DNA of 64,000 nt. It comes from Takakia lepidozioides. Its lineage: Eukaryota; Plantae; Bryophyta. Made by a program: the position numbers and the translations under genes. Positions 11,700 through 22,885 of the stretch are shown one piece after another. Each line of letters starts with the position of its first letter. The first letter of the stretch is position 1. Location of the stretch: NCBI GenBank assembly GCA_030704615.1, contig CM060732.1:54746001-54810000 (forward strand). The letters run 5' to 3'. A model generated the notes under the pieces. It was not told where the DNA came from. It searched no databases and worked only from the letters and a program-made list of their open reading frames with translations.

Positions 11700-12050
11700 T
11701 TTTTTCAATCGGATGATAAGCTTTGGAGTCTGAACGGCCATACCTAACAAAATTGCACCTCTTACTTTTTGGTTAAAGCTTGCTCAATGTTAATAGCCTC
11801 TACCCAAAGTTTTGGCCTCACATTTCGTTGATGCAACGTGCACCAAGCCGATTCCACAAGTGTTCAGTTGAGTCGTAGAACCTGCTTCCCCATTCTGTTG
11901 AGGTGTGTATAAGGGTGCCGAGTATTGAATCTAAAGGCTTGAAGCTTTGTTGACAGAAATTCTCCTGATCCATTGTCACTCCGCAAGATTTTCATCTTCT
12001 CTCTTGTTTTGTTCTATGCAAAAGCTTTGACCTCTTTAAACTTGGGATTA
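11700..12050 (-). mobile_element. Ty1/Copia integrase core remnant, inverted relative to 10560-11690
   Basis: Minus strand reads KFKEVKAFA*NKTREKMKILRSDNGSGEF and YSAP-YTPQQNG. Confidence 0.8.
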
Positions 12051-12052
12051 GA

Positions 12053-12600
12053 ACCTGTGGCCTGTGGGGCTGTGAGGGGCTGTGAGGGGCTGTGACAGGC
12101 TGTGCCTTGTGGCCTGTGGGGCTGTGACGGGCTGAGACAGGCTGTTCCTTGTGGCTTGTGGGGCTGTGAAAGGCTATGAGGGGTTGTGACAGGCTGTGCC
12201 ATGTGGCGGGCTGTGCCCAGTGGCCCGTGGGGTTGTGATGGGCTGTGAGGGGCTGTGACAGGCTGTGCCCTATGGCCTGTGGGGTTGTGACGGGCTATGA
12301 GGGGCTGTGACAGGCTGTGCCCGGTGGCCTGTGGGGCTGTGATGGACCGTGAGGGGCTGTGCCCTGTGGCCTGTGGGGCTATGACAGGCTGTGGCCTTTG
12401 GGGCTGTGACCCCTCTGATCTGTGTAGGGCTGTGACAGGCTGCGGCCTGTGGGGCCGTGACCCTGTGACCTGTGTAGGGCTGTGACAGGCTGTGGCCTGT
12501 GTGGGGCTGTGACGGCTGTGACCGGTGAGCTGTGTGGGCCTGTGCTGGTCTGTGGTGGCCCGTGTTGACCTGTGGACGGCCTGTGCTGACTCGTGGAGGC
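12053..12600. repeat. G-rich degenerate minisatellite (GGCTGTG/CCTGTGG units)
   Basis: Dozens of GGCTGTGA, GGCCTGTGG and ACAGGCTGTG units read directly. Confidence 0.9.
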
Positions 12601-13364
12601 ACTAGTGGACTGCCTAAGGACTGGCATGTGGTCTTGAAGGCCGAATTTTGAAGCTCGTGGAGGGCGGTTTGAGGAGTATCTTCATGATATTCCCATGGTC
12701 ATGCAAATGAGGGAAGAAAGGAGATGAAGAGTGTTGGGATGAGGGTATGCTGGGGTTAGGCATTGCTTTAGTTTCTCTTCCTCGTAGTTTCCACCCTCTC
12801 ATTAGGCCAAGACCTTTCCGTAGGTGGAGGCAAGAGTCAGTCCGGGTTTGGGCTGGGGTGTCATTGCAGGAGCAACACCGTGGAGTTGTTTTTGATGTGG
12901 GGGAGTTGTCGTTCTGATTTCTTGTGTTTGGATCCCCTCCATACCTGCATGCTTGACTGTGCGCCATGCTAGTTTTGTGTGAGCGCTTGTTTTTATAGGT
13001 GATTGGTCCGGATTTGATCACCGGCCAGTCTTAGAGCATGCTGTCGATGGTGAGGCTGGGGTGATGACCAGCCAGACCATCATTGTTTCTCCTGTGGTGA
13101 GGTTGGAGGTGATGACCAGCCAACCATAGGAGTGTTTGCGGTGGATGCAGGTACAGGTGTAGGCTATGTTAGGAACCTAGTATTCCAAACCATAAGCCGC
13201 AACAGGTTCTCTACCCGGTTACCTTGTGGAGAGGGAGTTAGGGACATGTTCAAGACCGGTTGAATGACAGTTTGTCAACACGGAGGTGCCACTAGTTTGC
13301 TGGGGACAATGCCGGTTCGAGCACTAGCGATACTAGTGGATACACGAGACGAGGTGTGCGGTTT

Positions 13365-16300
13365 ATGCCACCTTCACCTCCTGTGTCTTCTACGGAAGGT
13401 TTTGATTCGGATTGTGAATCAGGAGGACTCATACCGGCGGTGCATGTTGTTTCCTTGCCATTGTTGTGGGACACAATGGAGGAGATGTATGGAGCTACCA
13501 AGGGGCCACGAAGGTACTCTGGGGCGGTGGGCACCATCGAGTTGGATGATTTTATCCAAGAGTTTGATAGTTGGTGTGATTTGCAGCAAATGCGCAATCC
13601 ACAACTATTTACGTTTTTCATGGCATGGAAGAGGTTGTTTCAGCACCTTGAGGGGCCGCCTATGGATGATTACCATGAGTTCAGGCGGGGGCATAAGGAT
13701 GAGATCGAGGAGTGGATGATGTACTGGTCACCCGACTATGTCTCCATCACTAGGGGTACTAGAGCCACGAGGGTAGTGGCTACACCTGCCGCTGCACCAG
13801 TAGCTTTAGCAAGCAGCAGTGGGACTAGTGGGACTAGTGGTACAGTAGCTACGACGTCCACCCAAGCCACTACCGCACCAGCACTAGTACCCATGCCTGC
13901 CTTCAGCCCTATTGTGGAGTTCTTCGAAGAGTTGAGAGGGAACTACCAAGGGGTGAGGACAGAGAAGTTGCGGAGCTTGCAAGAGTTCCAACGGAAGCCG
14001 ACCGAGAGCTTGAGGGAGGCTTTCACTCGCATGAGGCGCTTGATAAATGTAACCCAAGGGGTTACGGAAGCTCAGGCAGTCCAATTCTGGTATGGGATAT
14101 TGGACAAGGAGTTGAGGAGAAGGGTGCGGGATGCAACTCTCCTACAAACGGCCAAACCCACCTTAACAAATGTGTTTTTGCTGGCAGAGCGGATAGAGCT
14201 CAACATGGTGGAGAAACGAGTGGTCATGGTGGGATTTGCTAAGGAGACACCACGGGGTAGTGGTGCTCCTAGCCAACCACTACCTCAACATGCTCAAGGC
14301 AACAAGGGGGTCCAGGTGAAGCCCAGGGTAGGACATAGAGGACCTCAGATGCAGGGGTCTCTCCCTTCATTTGCAGGCCAACAACCAGCGGATGTGGTGT
14401 GCTGGACATGTGGAGGACCCCATGTCAAGAAGGATTGCCCAGAGGGAGGCAAATGGCCGGCATATGTACAGCCTGCACAGTTGCAGTGTGGGCATTGTGG
14501 CAAGCACGGGCATGGAGAGGCCCAGTGTTATGGTTTGCATCCTGAGTTGCACCCAGGCCAGTTCCAAGGGAACAATGGTGGCCGAGGGCGAGGTGGAGCA
14601 GCCCAGAGACAACGAGGTGGCCAGGCACGGGGTGCAGGCCAAAGGCAAGCTCAACATGGCTAAGGACGCGGAGATCACGGTGTTGACCAAGGCATGGCCA
14701 ACCGGCTTCAGCAGCTAGAGTAGAGGCTCGCTGCCATGGCTACAGCTCAGGTGGTACCGGCTCCAAGGCCAGATGGTCCACCTCCTGCTCCTGAAAGAGG
14801 AGATATGGGAGGCATGGGATTTATGTGCGGAGCAACACTACCACTAGTGTAGGTGGAGTCTGCTGCAGCCGTGACTCGAGGAGCAGCACGAGTTCCTGAG
14901 CCACGAGGTGCAGAGGTGGAGTTGGATCCACAGCATGGGGAGGCAAGCCGTCAGGCTAGGCTTCCTCAGTCATTCACATTGGCGGAGACAGTGTCGACGC
15001 CATCCATGGCACCTAATTCTCGCCCGACTGTTACCGAGGCGGAGGTTACTATGCCATTGGGGAGAGCTACACGGGTAGCACCACTACCTAGTGTTGCCAA
15101 GGCTATGACAACTAGTGTGCTGCTAGGAGCGGCCACATCTGTGTGCCAGGCTCCATTGTTCTCGGCTACCATGATTGCGACGCCGGGGGTAAGACCAGCT
15201 GAGGTGTTCAGGCTGGCAGCTACACTATGTGAGAGTGGGGAGGTTACTTCATCTTCTGCGGAGATACTGGGAGGTGTAGTGCCGGAGGGATCCTCGGATT
15301 TGAGGGTCAAGACTGCCATGACGGCGCCATGGCAAGTTGCAGCTGCCAGGTTGATGGAGCTGCCAGGTAGGCCAGCCATTGAGCGCGCCATGGTGACACC
15401 TAGAGTTATCATGTTAGACAACCAGGATGACATTTTCTGTTTGAGTGGACCGGCAGGCAAGAGGTACCGGCCACTGCGGGTCTTGTTGGACTCGGGAGTT
15501 CAGCCATTGATGCTGGGCAAAGCTGCTATTGCAGGCTTGGGCCTCACGGAGGCGGATATGAAGCCTTGTCCTTTCCAGATACAGTCGTCTCTGGGAGGAT
15601 CGGAGCAGGCTCGGGGCATGACACGGCATGAGTTGGCTATCAGACTACGGCCGGATCACCCTACAGATGGCTCAGTGATGCGAGCCAAGACCATTGTGAC
15701 AGACGCAGTCTCGTACGATGTCCTGGTTGGTGGGGCAGTGTTGTACCCCATGGGCTTCACCCTGGATTTTTGGGAGGAGTCAACTTTCTATAGGCCTGGA
15801 TGGCAGTCAGGGGAGGGCCGGCGTGTGCAGCTCCCTGTGACATTCATAGGAGGAGTTGCGGTTGCCCAGCGAGGCAAGATGCCGATACTAGCAGCATTCA
15901 CAGCGGCAGTGAGTTGGCGTGGAGAGTTGCTTGAGGGCAACGCTCATTCAGAGGATGTGCCACCACCGGGAGAGCAGGATGACATGTATGGTATGGCGGA
16001 GTTGCCTACCATGGTTGCTCAAACTCCATTGTGGGGCACGAGCAAGGATTTGCAGTGGGATGCTGATCGACGGGTGCAACAAGCCTGGGTGGAGGCTTTT
16101 GTACCGTCAGGAGAGGAGGAGAGTACGGGGATTGCACCAGGACCACCTCAATTGTCTCCATTGGACACCACACCTGTTGTGTGGCAGTATCCGGATGAAG
16201 GCATTTGTCTTCTGGACTTGTTTGGCGGGATCAGCACCGGATTGGCTGCTGTGTTGCAGGCATGCGTACGAGTTCGGCGTTACCTATATGTGGAGAGGGA

Positions 16301-17240
16301 TGAGACTGCACGACGCGTTTCACTTCGTCATGTTGCTCAGTTGGTGCAGCGGTACCCTGAGTTTTTGCCGGTGTCTGAAGTTCGTGGATATCAGCAGGCC
16401 TTGCCAGCAGACATTTTGTTGCTGGGGGCGCAGGATTTGGAGCGGGTTGGCTCCATTGATCTGGTAGTGGCAGGTTGGCCCTGCCAAGGGCATTCATCAG
16501 CCGGGCATGGCAATGGATTGCGAGACTTGAGGTCGGGTCTATTTTGGGAGATGGTGCGGGTTTTGCGCCACTTGCAGCTTTATTAAGCTGTATCTCCAGC
16601 ATATATCTTGGAGAATGTGCCACTGATGGGCGATTTTTGGGCCAAGGTGATGGCCAATGTGCATCAAGTCCGGTCGTGGCTTGGGTCAGCAGTGTTGCTA
16701 GATGTAGCTACAGTGGGGTCACGGGCTCATCGTCCACGGCTATGGTGGACTAACTTGATGCCACCCGCACTGCTCAAACGTGCATTTGATGGGGTGCAGC
16801 GGCCAGCACATCTCATAGTGGATAGCATTCTGGACACAGAGAGGCAGTCTCAGAGTGTGAGACACGATGACCGTTCGCCTTTGGCAGTGGTCAACAAGGT
16901 GGGTCAACCACGAGCAGCATTACCTACACTGCTCAGCTTCCCAAGATCGCATGCTTTTTGGGATAGTGGACCTGGCCTCATGTGGGATGCTCAGTTGCAG
17001 CAGTTAGTGGAGCCTAATGCTGACGAGCGTGAGCGGGCAATGGGTTTTACCACTGGTACCACGGCGGTGTCGTCTCTTTCTGAGGAATCACGTCGTCAGG
17101 TGTTGGGGCAAACAATGGTTTTCAATTGCTTGACCTGGATTATCAGCTTGGCTATGGCTGAGCAACGCAGAGTGCGGAGTAAACTTCCCTCGATGGTCTC
17201 TCTACCTACCAAGACGGTATCGGCAGTGGCGAGCATGTGA
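13365..17240 (+). pseudogene. Gag-protease-DNA methyltransferase polyprotein: one frame, four internal stops
   Basis: ORFs 13356..14663, 14853..16586 and 16608..17240 share one frame; stops at 14661, 14721, 14850 and 16584. Contains gag motif QRKPTESLREAFTRM, zinc knuckles CWTCGGPHVKKDC and CGHCGKHGHGEAQC, and protease LLDSG (15483-15497). Confidence 0.9.
16200..17145 (+). pseudogene. C5-cytosine DNA methyltransferase domain within pol
   Basis: Motif I DLFGGISTG (16215), II YVERD, IV AGWPCQG (Cys at 16482), VI YILENV (16611), VIII HRPRLWWTN and X-like RRQVLGQTM, in unpermuted order. One TAA at 16584. Confidence 0.92.
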
Positions 17241-17490
17241 GGACCACGGGGTGCAGGCATCCATGGCACACGTGGGAGGTTGCTCGAGGTCAGATGGAGT
17301 TGGCAGCCAGGGCGGCGGTGATGATGAGAGGTTGGGGATGAGATGATGGGGCAGGATGAGGCCTTGTCATTGACTAAGCAGGCATGGAGTACGATCAAGA
17401 GGGTTGCAACATAGCAACCACTGGACACGTCTCTACCTCTAAGCCCACTGGACCTAAGGTTGTAGTTACGGAGGACAATTGGGAGCCTGA

Positions 17491-18805
17491 CATTGTCTTC
17501 TGGACTTGTTTGGGGGATCAGCACAGGATTGGCTGCTGTTTGCAGGCATGCGTACGAGTCGGCGTTACCTATATGTGGAGAGGGATGAGATGCACGACGC
17601 GTTTCACTTCGTCATGTTGCTCAGTGGTTGCAAGCGGTACCCTGAGTTTTTGCCGGGTGTCTGAAGTTCGTGGTATAGCAGGCCTTGCCAGCAGACATTT
17701 TGTTGCTGGGGGCGCAGGTTTGGAGCGGGTTGGCTCCATTGATCTGGTAGTGGCAGGTTGGCCCTGCCAAGGGCATTCATCAGCCGGGCATGGCAATGGA
17801 TTGCGAGACTTGAGGTCGGGTCTATTTTGGGAGATGGTGCGGGTTTTGCGCCACTTGCAGCTTTATTAAGCTTGTATCTCCAGCATATATCTTGGAGAAT
17901 GTGCCACTGATGGGCGATTTTTGGGCCAAGGTGATGGCCAAGTGCATCAAGTCCGGTCGTGGCTGGGTCAGCAGTGTTGCTAGATGTAGCTACAGTGGGG
18001 TCACGGGCTCATCGTCCACGGCTATGGTGGACTAACTTGATGCCACCCGCACTGCTCAAACGTGCATTTGATGGGGTGCAGCGGCCAGCACATCTCATAG
18101 TGGATAGCATTCTGGACCACAGAGAGGCAGTCTCAGAGTGTGAGACACGATGACCGTTCGCCTTTGGCAGTGGTCAACAAGGTGGGTCAACCACGAGCAG
18201 CATTACCTACACTGCTCAGCTTCCCAAGATCGCATGCTTTTTGGGATAGTGGACCTGGCCTCATGTGGGATGCTCAGTTGCAGCAGTTAGTGGAGCCTAA
18301 TGCTGACGAGCGTGAGGGGGCAATGGGTTTTACCACTGGTACCACGGCGGTGTCGTTCTTTCTGAGAATCACGTCGTCAGTGTTGGGGCAAACAATGGTT
18401 TTCAATTGCTTGACCTGGATTATCAGCTTGGCTATGGCTGAGCAACGCAGAGTGCGGAGTACACTTCCCTCGATGGTCTCTCTACCTACCAAGACGGTAT
18501 AGGCAGTGGCGAGCATGTGAGGACCACGGGGTGCAGGCATCCATGGCACACGTGGGAGGTGCTCGAGGTTCAGATGGAGTTGGCAGCCAGGGCGGCGGTG
18601 ATGATTGAGGTTGGGGATTTTTCTCGGGTTGAGGAAGTCCTCGAGGATGAGATGATGGGGCAGGATGAGGCCTTGTCATTGACTAAGCAGGCATGGAGTA
18701 CTGATCAAGAGGTTGCAACATAGCAACCACTGGACACGTCCTCTACCTCTAAGCCCACTGGACCTAAGGTTGTAGTTACGGAGGACAATTGGGAGCCTGA
18801 CATTG
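17491..18805 (+). repeat. Tandem second copy (~1.3 kb) of 16202-17495, methyltransferase plus spacer
   Basis: Near-identical to copy 1 with many 1-bp indels, CATT(T)G at the junctions and the same premature TAA. Confidence 0.9.
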
Positions 18806-20340
18806 GACCCATTGTCACCGGAGGAGAGAGAAGACATATACGGCGGTTCCTGAGGGCTTATAGGAATTGTTTTGCCTTCAGTTTGAAGGACTTGGGAGCA
18901 CTGAAGGGTCAAGAGATCCATATTGAGTTGGCCACTGACACGCCAATCTTTCGGAGACCTTATAGATACAGTGACATGGAGAGGTCTTTGATTCAGATGA
19001 GGACTAAGATCTCGGGAAGTCAGGTTGGACCTACAACAGGGATGACTGTTAGACGAGTGTTTGAGGACCCTGAGGCTAGTGATGAGCCAGGTGGTACCAG
19101 AGATATACATGAGGATTCGGTTGTATTGGACTACCTCCGCACGGGAGACACGACAGCCACTGTGACTGTCAGGGAGAGGGATCGGATCCTGCAACGAGCC
19201 AAGAGGTTCAAGTGGGAGGGGATACCTACTTCGAGTATGGGAGGATGGTGGGTGAGGATCGTGCCTCACCCCACACAGCGTGCACGGTTAGTGCGGCATG
19301 CCATGAGGAGTTGGGGCATTTTGGAGTGCGACGCACTCATAGTTTACTGGGGCAGTATGGGCAGTATTGGGGGCGTGGTATGCATACAGAGGTGCAACAG
19401 TTCGTGGCTAGGTGCATGGTGTGTGACAGGGTGCGTGCTTCATCAACGCCCTACACCACAGTTGCATCCTTTACCAATCATGGATCGGGCTACAGGTGGA
19501 GTCTTGACTTCGCAGACCGTTGCCACTGACTATGCGCCACCACAGATATGTGTTGGTGATGGTGGAGCACTTCTCCAAGTGGATTGAGTTGGTTCCATTG
19601 CCTGACAAGGCTAGTGAGGGGGCTGGTAGGGGCTGCGTATGCATTCTTGGAACGTGTGCTAGCCGCTTTGGTGCTCCAGCTGAGGTACTCACGGACCAAG
19701 GGAGAGAGTTCTTGGGGGAGTTTCAGGCTTTGTGTGTGATAAAGCCTTGATAGACCACCGCACCACTTCTCGGGATCATCTTGAGGCCGATGGCTTGATG
19801 TTCAGACGGTGAAGAGGGGTTTGCGCAAGTATGGCTTGTAGAAGGGACCCCTAGGAGATTGGGACCTCAGGTTCCTTAGTTAGCCATGGGCTACAGGTTC
19901 AGCAAACAAGCATCACTTGCCTCCTTCTCACCATATTTCCTTCTCTTTGGCCGAGAGCCGGATGATTTGCCTGCAGCCATACTTAATGACACTGCTCAAG
20001 TCCTAACCTTGACGATCCGGACGTGTGGGTACGTGCATGTGATCAGCGTGCAAAGTTGTTCAAGAAAGTCATGCCCATGGCTTTTGAGAATCTTGCCATT
20101 GCACAACACCGTGATACGTTGAGGTATGCCACTATACGTGGTGGAGGATATCGTCCTTGGGTTCGGAGGTTTAGCCCTGGTGACTATATTTATTTGCAGC
20201 AGACTGCTCCTACGACTCTGGATGTTACTGCAGGGTGTTTTTCTGAGGGTTCGAGAGGTGTTGCCCTCAGGGGTCCTGATCTCGGAGGTCGGGATGGCTG
20301 ACTTGGAAGGACCATGTGCGTAATTGTGCGCCATATCACC
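18806..20340 (+). pseudogene. RT N-terminal stub joined to a frameshifted Gypsy integrase
   Basis: IHIELATDTPIFRRPYRYSDMER (RT start) runs into integrase motifs HEELGHFG..CMVC, RWSLDFA, VMVEHFSKWIE, VLTDQGREF and SPYFLLFGREP. No YxDD motif is present. Confidence 0.85.
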
Positions 20341-20394
20341 TTCCCAATGTCGATAGAGAGTTGACCCAAATTTTGGCAGTGGTACCTGCAGGTT

Positions 20395-20543
20395 TGAGGT
20401 GCATGCTTTGTGGGTCTGCCAAAGGGGCAGCCACCATGTTGGTGTGTGATCGATGCTCAAGGGGTTGGCATATGAGATGCTTGACTCCACCTCTTGAGAA
20501 GATTCCCGACGGAGATTGGTTGTGTCCACACTACTTGGGATAG
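20395..20543 (+). pseudogene. PHD finger at the C-terminus of pol
   Basis: CMLC...MLVCDRCSRGWHMRCLTPPLEKIPDGDWLCPHY fits C4HC3 spacing, with the last Cys replaced by Tyr. Confidence 0.88.
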
Positions 20544-20803
20544 TGGCAGTGGACATGACTGGAGGCAGCTAACAAGACATGGAAGGCCAAGCTCATAGGA
20601 GTCAATACATGAGATCCTAAGCTCAAGTTCACAAGTTGCAAGACAGCGACTAACGATGGGACAACTCTTGCACCCGACCTCTTGATCGATCGAGTTTGAG
20701 AGTGTAGTGGGATAGTGGGTGGAGGACTTAGTGAGGCTATGGTCACTATCACATCTTGTGGCTACCTGGACTTAGAGGGACCTAAGCACAGCTAGGGGGG
20801 CGT

Positions 20804-21473
20804 TGTGTGGACTAGTGACTGCCATAGTGGGCAACATAGTGCAGCCTAGTGACTGACTAGTTGTAGCCTAGTGGTGGACTAGTGGTGGACTAGTGATATA
20901 CTAGTGTGTGGCGTGCACATGTGTTGTGTGGTTTTGGACAGCGATGTAGTTGTGTAGCGATATCTATGCGCACGACAGCTGTCAAGTTATTAAACCACTA
21001 GTGTGAAACTAGCTAAGAAATAGCTAGCTTTTATATATTGACATTTGGGATTGGCCCAAGTGTCAATCCAGGGGTCAAGGCAGATTTAGGCCCTGGAGTG
21101 GTTATCTTCACGGCAAGCGCGAGAGGCTCATCTTTCTCGAGTTGAGCCTCACCGCGCCTAGCTATGGCGCCGTAGCGTGGATTCCCCATGGCGTGGGGTG
21201 CACTTGGCTTGACTTGTATTTGAGTGATGAGTTTATATATGCATGAGTTTATGCTTCAGCTTTGTGAGCTCGCATGAGCTTGTGCTTGTATTCTTCTACT
21301 TTATCTATTGTGTGGACTAGTGATTGCCATAGTGGGCAACATAGTGGCAGCCTAGTGACTGACTAGTTGAAGCCTAGTGGTTGGACTAGTGATATACTAG
21401 TGTGTGGCATGCATATGTGTTGTGTGGTTTTGGACAACGATGTAGTTGTGTAGCGATATGTATGCGCACGACA
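20804..21473 (+). repeat. Putative 3' LTR with A-B-A structure
   Basis: ~170-bp direct repeats at 20804-20977 and 21309-21473, each TGTG...GACA. TATA-like TTTATATA near 21030; preceded by AGGGGGG. Confidence 0.65.
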
Positions 21474-22098
21474 CCCACTATTTTCTCATACAAAGCAGCC
21501 ACTAGGTATTTTTAGAATTTGGGTCTCAATTTTGGAGACAACATCTTGTATATGACACACATTCTAAATATGGTGAGCATTTTTCCAAGAAAAATCTGGA
21601 TCATAACGGAAATCTGTGTTCAAACCAAATTTTCACCTCATTTTTTGGTGTGTACTTCATGAAAACACTTTATCAATTGTTATAATATTTCAATTTCAAC
21701 GGTAAAATTTGTTGAGATTTTAGCAGACTGTGGATGTGGTAGTGTGGAAAGGATTTGTAAGGCTCAAATCTGTGGATGATTGTGGGTGGGAAGTTAGACC
21801 CTCATCCATCAGGGTATGTACAGTTTACCAGGTGGCCCACCAAAACTTAGCTGGGCGCTTAGGGGTTAACCATATTATCTATTAAATAGGCCAAATTTTT
21901 CCTAAATTGGGTCTGCCAAAGATTGGATCGTAAGTGGGGAAGGAAGATAATAGAAATGAGTAAAAACTTAGATTCACACGTGCAATCTCTGACAGAATTT
22001 TCTGGCATGTCAAATATTCCCCACCCTCTCTTGAGAGTGACATGGAACAGTGAACTAAACGAGTGTAAACTCCAGTCGGGGGTTAGGCTGGGTTACAC

Positions 22099-22475
22099 AA
22101 TGGGACCCACTTGGGGTTACGCTGGGTTACATGAAGGGGTGTGTAACTCTACTCAGGGGTTATACAGACTGGAGTGTCACTCACACTTGGTCTCAAAATT
22201 TGAAATGTATAAAATGGATTAAGAAGAGTTAGATGAGAGAGACCGGGGTTAGAGAGGTTTACACTGATTGGGATACACTACAATAATGGGACCCACTTGG
22301 GGTTACGCTGGGTTACATGAAGGGGTGTGTAACTCTACTCAGGGGTTACACAGACTGGAGTGTCACTCACACTTGGTCTCAAAATTTGAAATGTATAAAA
22401 AGATTGAAGTAAGAAGAGTTAGATGAGAGAGACCGGGGTTAGAGAGGTTTACACTGATTGGGATACACTACAATA
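22099..22475. repeat. Tandem duplication, ~186-bp unit, two copies
   Basis: AATGGGACCCACTTGGGG...GGATACACTACAAT starts at 22099 and again at 22285. Confidence 0.95.
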
Positions 22476-22885
22476 GCCTCTCATTGCAAATCGACCCCAG
22501 AATTTTGCTGCCTGCACTACAATTACCTTACCAAAACGCTACCAAAACAGATATAAAAATAAAACCCTTTTAGAATGTTAAGTATTAATAGTGAAACCAA
22601 GGTAAAAGTGGGGGGGGAGGATTTGACAGGTGCCCTGTCCAGGCTGCGCGAAAGTCCTGTCACGTGACACGAGTGCTTAATTAAGTTGTCTATCCATGCG
22701 AGGCCGTTTGCGAGCGGCGTTGCCTGCACATATATACAACGCAATGCTAACGAGGAGGTCGAGTCTGTCTTTGCTTGCCACCCTGCTCTCTTGTTGCCTT
22801 GTCAGTGCGCTTGAGAGTCTTGTGGGCTTTTGTGACTGGAGTTGGCTTGAGAGTCTTGTGGGATTGTGAGTGAAGTTCATTTGCC

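Larger units (their letters stand above)
12053..21473 (+). mobile_element. Defective Ty3/Gypsy LTR retrotransposon: gag - protease - C5 DNA methyltransferase - RT stub - integrase - PHD - 3' LTR
   Basis: Domain order has integrase last (Gypsy type). A G-run PPT (20794-20800) precedes a TG...CA block. No 5' LTR was found, so the left boundary is uncertain. Confidence 0.85.

Noticed and set aside
12014-12627. Short ORFs over the minisatellite, or a CRISPR-like array
   Set aside because: The ORFs are by-products of a low-complexity repeat. There are no unique spacers or cas genes, and the context is eukaryotic.
14661-16586. Stops repaired by U-to-C RNA editing or programmed readthrough
   Set aside because: U-to-C editing is organellar. 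Four scattered stops plus downstream frameshifts fit mutational decay better.
16200-17145. Bacterial restriction-modification methyltransferase (contamination) or a host DRM/CMT gene
   Set aside because: The domain is in frame with gag and protease and flanked by plant TEs. It has no introns, no DRM-type permutation, no CMT chromodomain and no nuclease partner.
12053-21473. DIRS/tyrosine-recombinase element, suggested by the split repeats and a methyltransferase
   Set aside because: It encodes an aspartic protease and a DDE integrase, and the methyltransferase has cytosine-C5 (PCQ/ENV) rather than adenine motifs.
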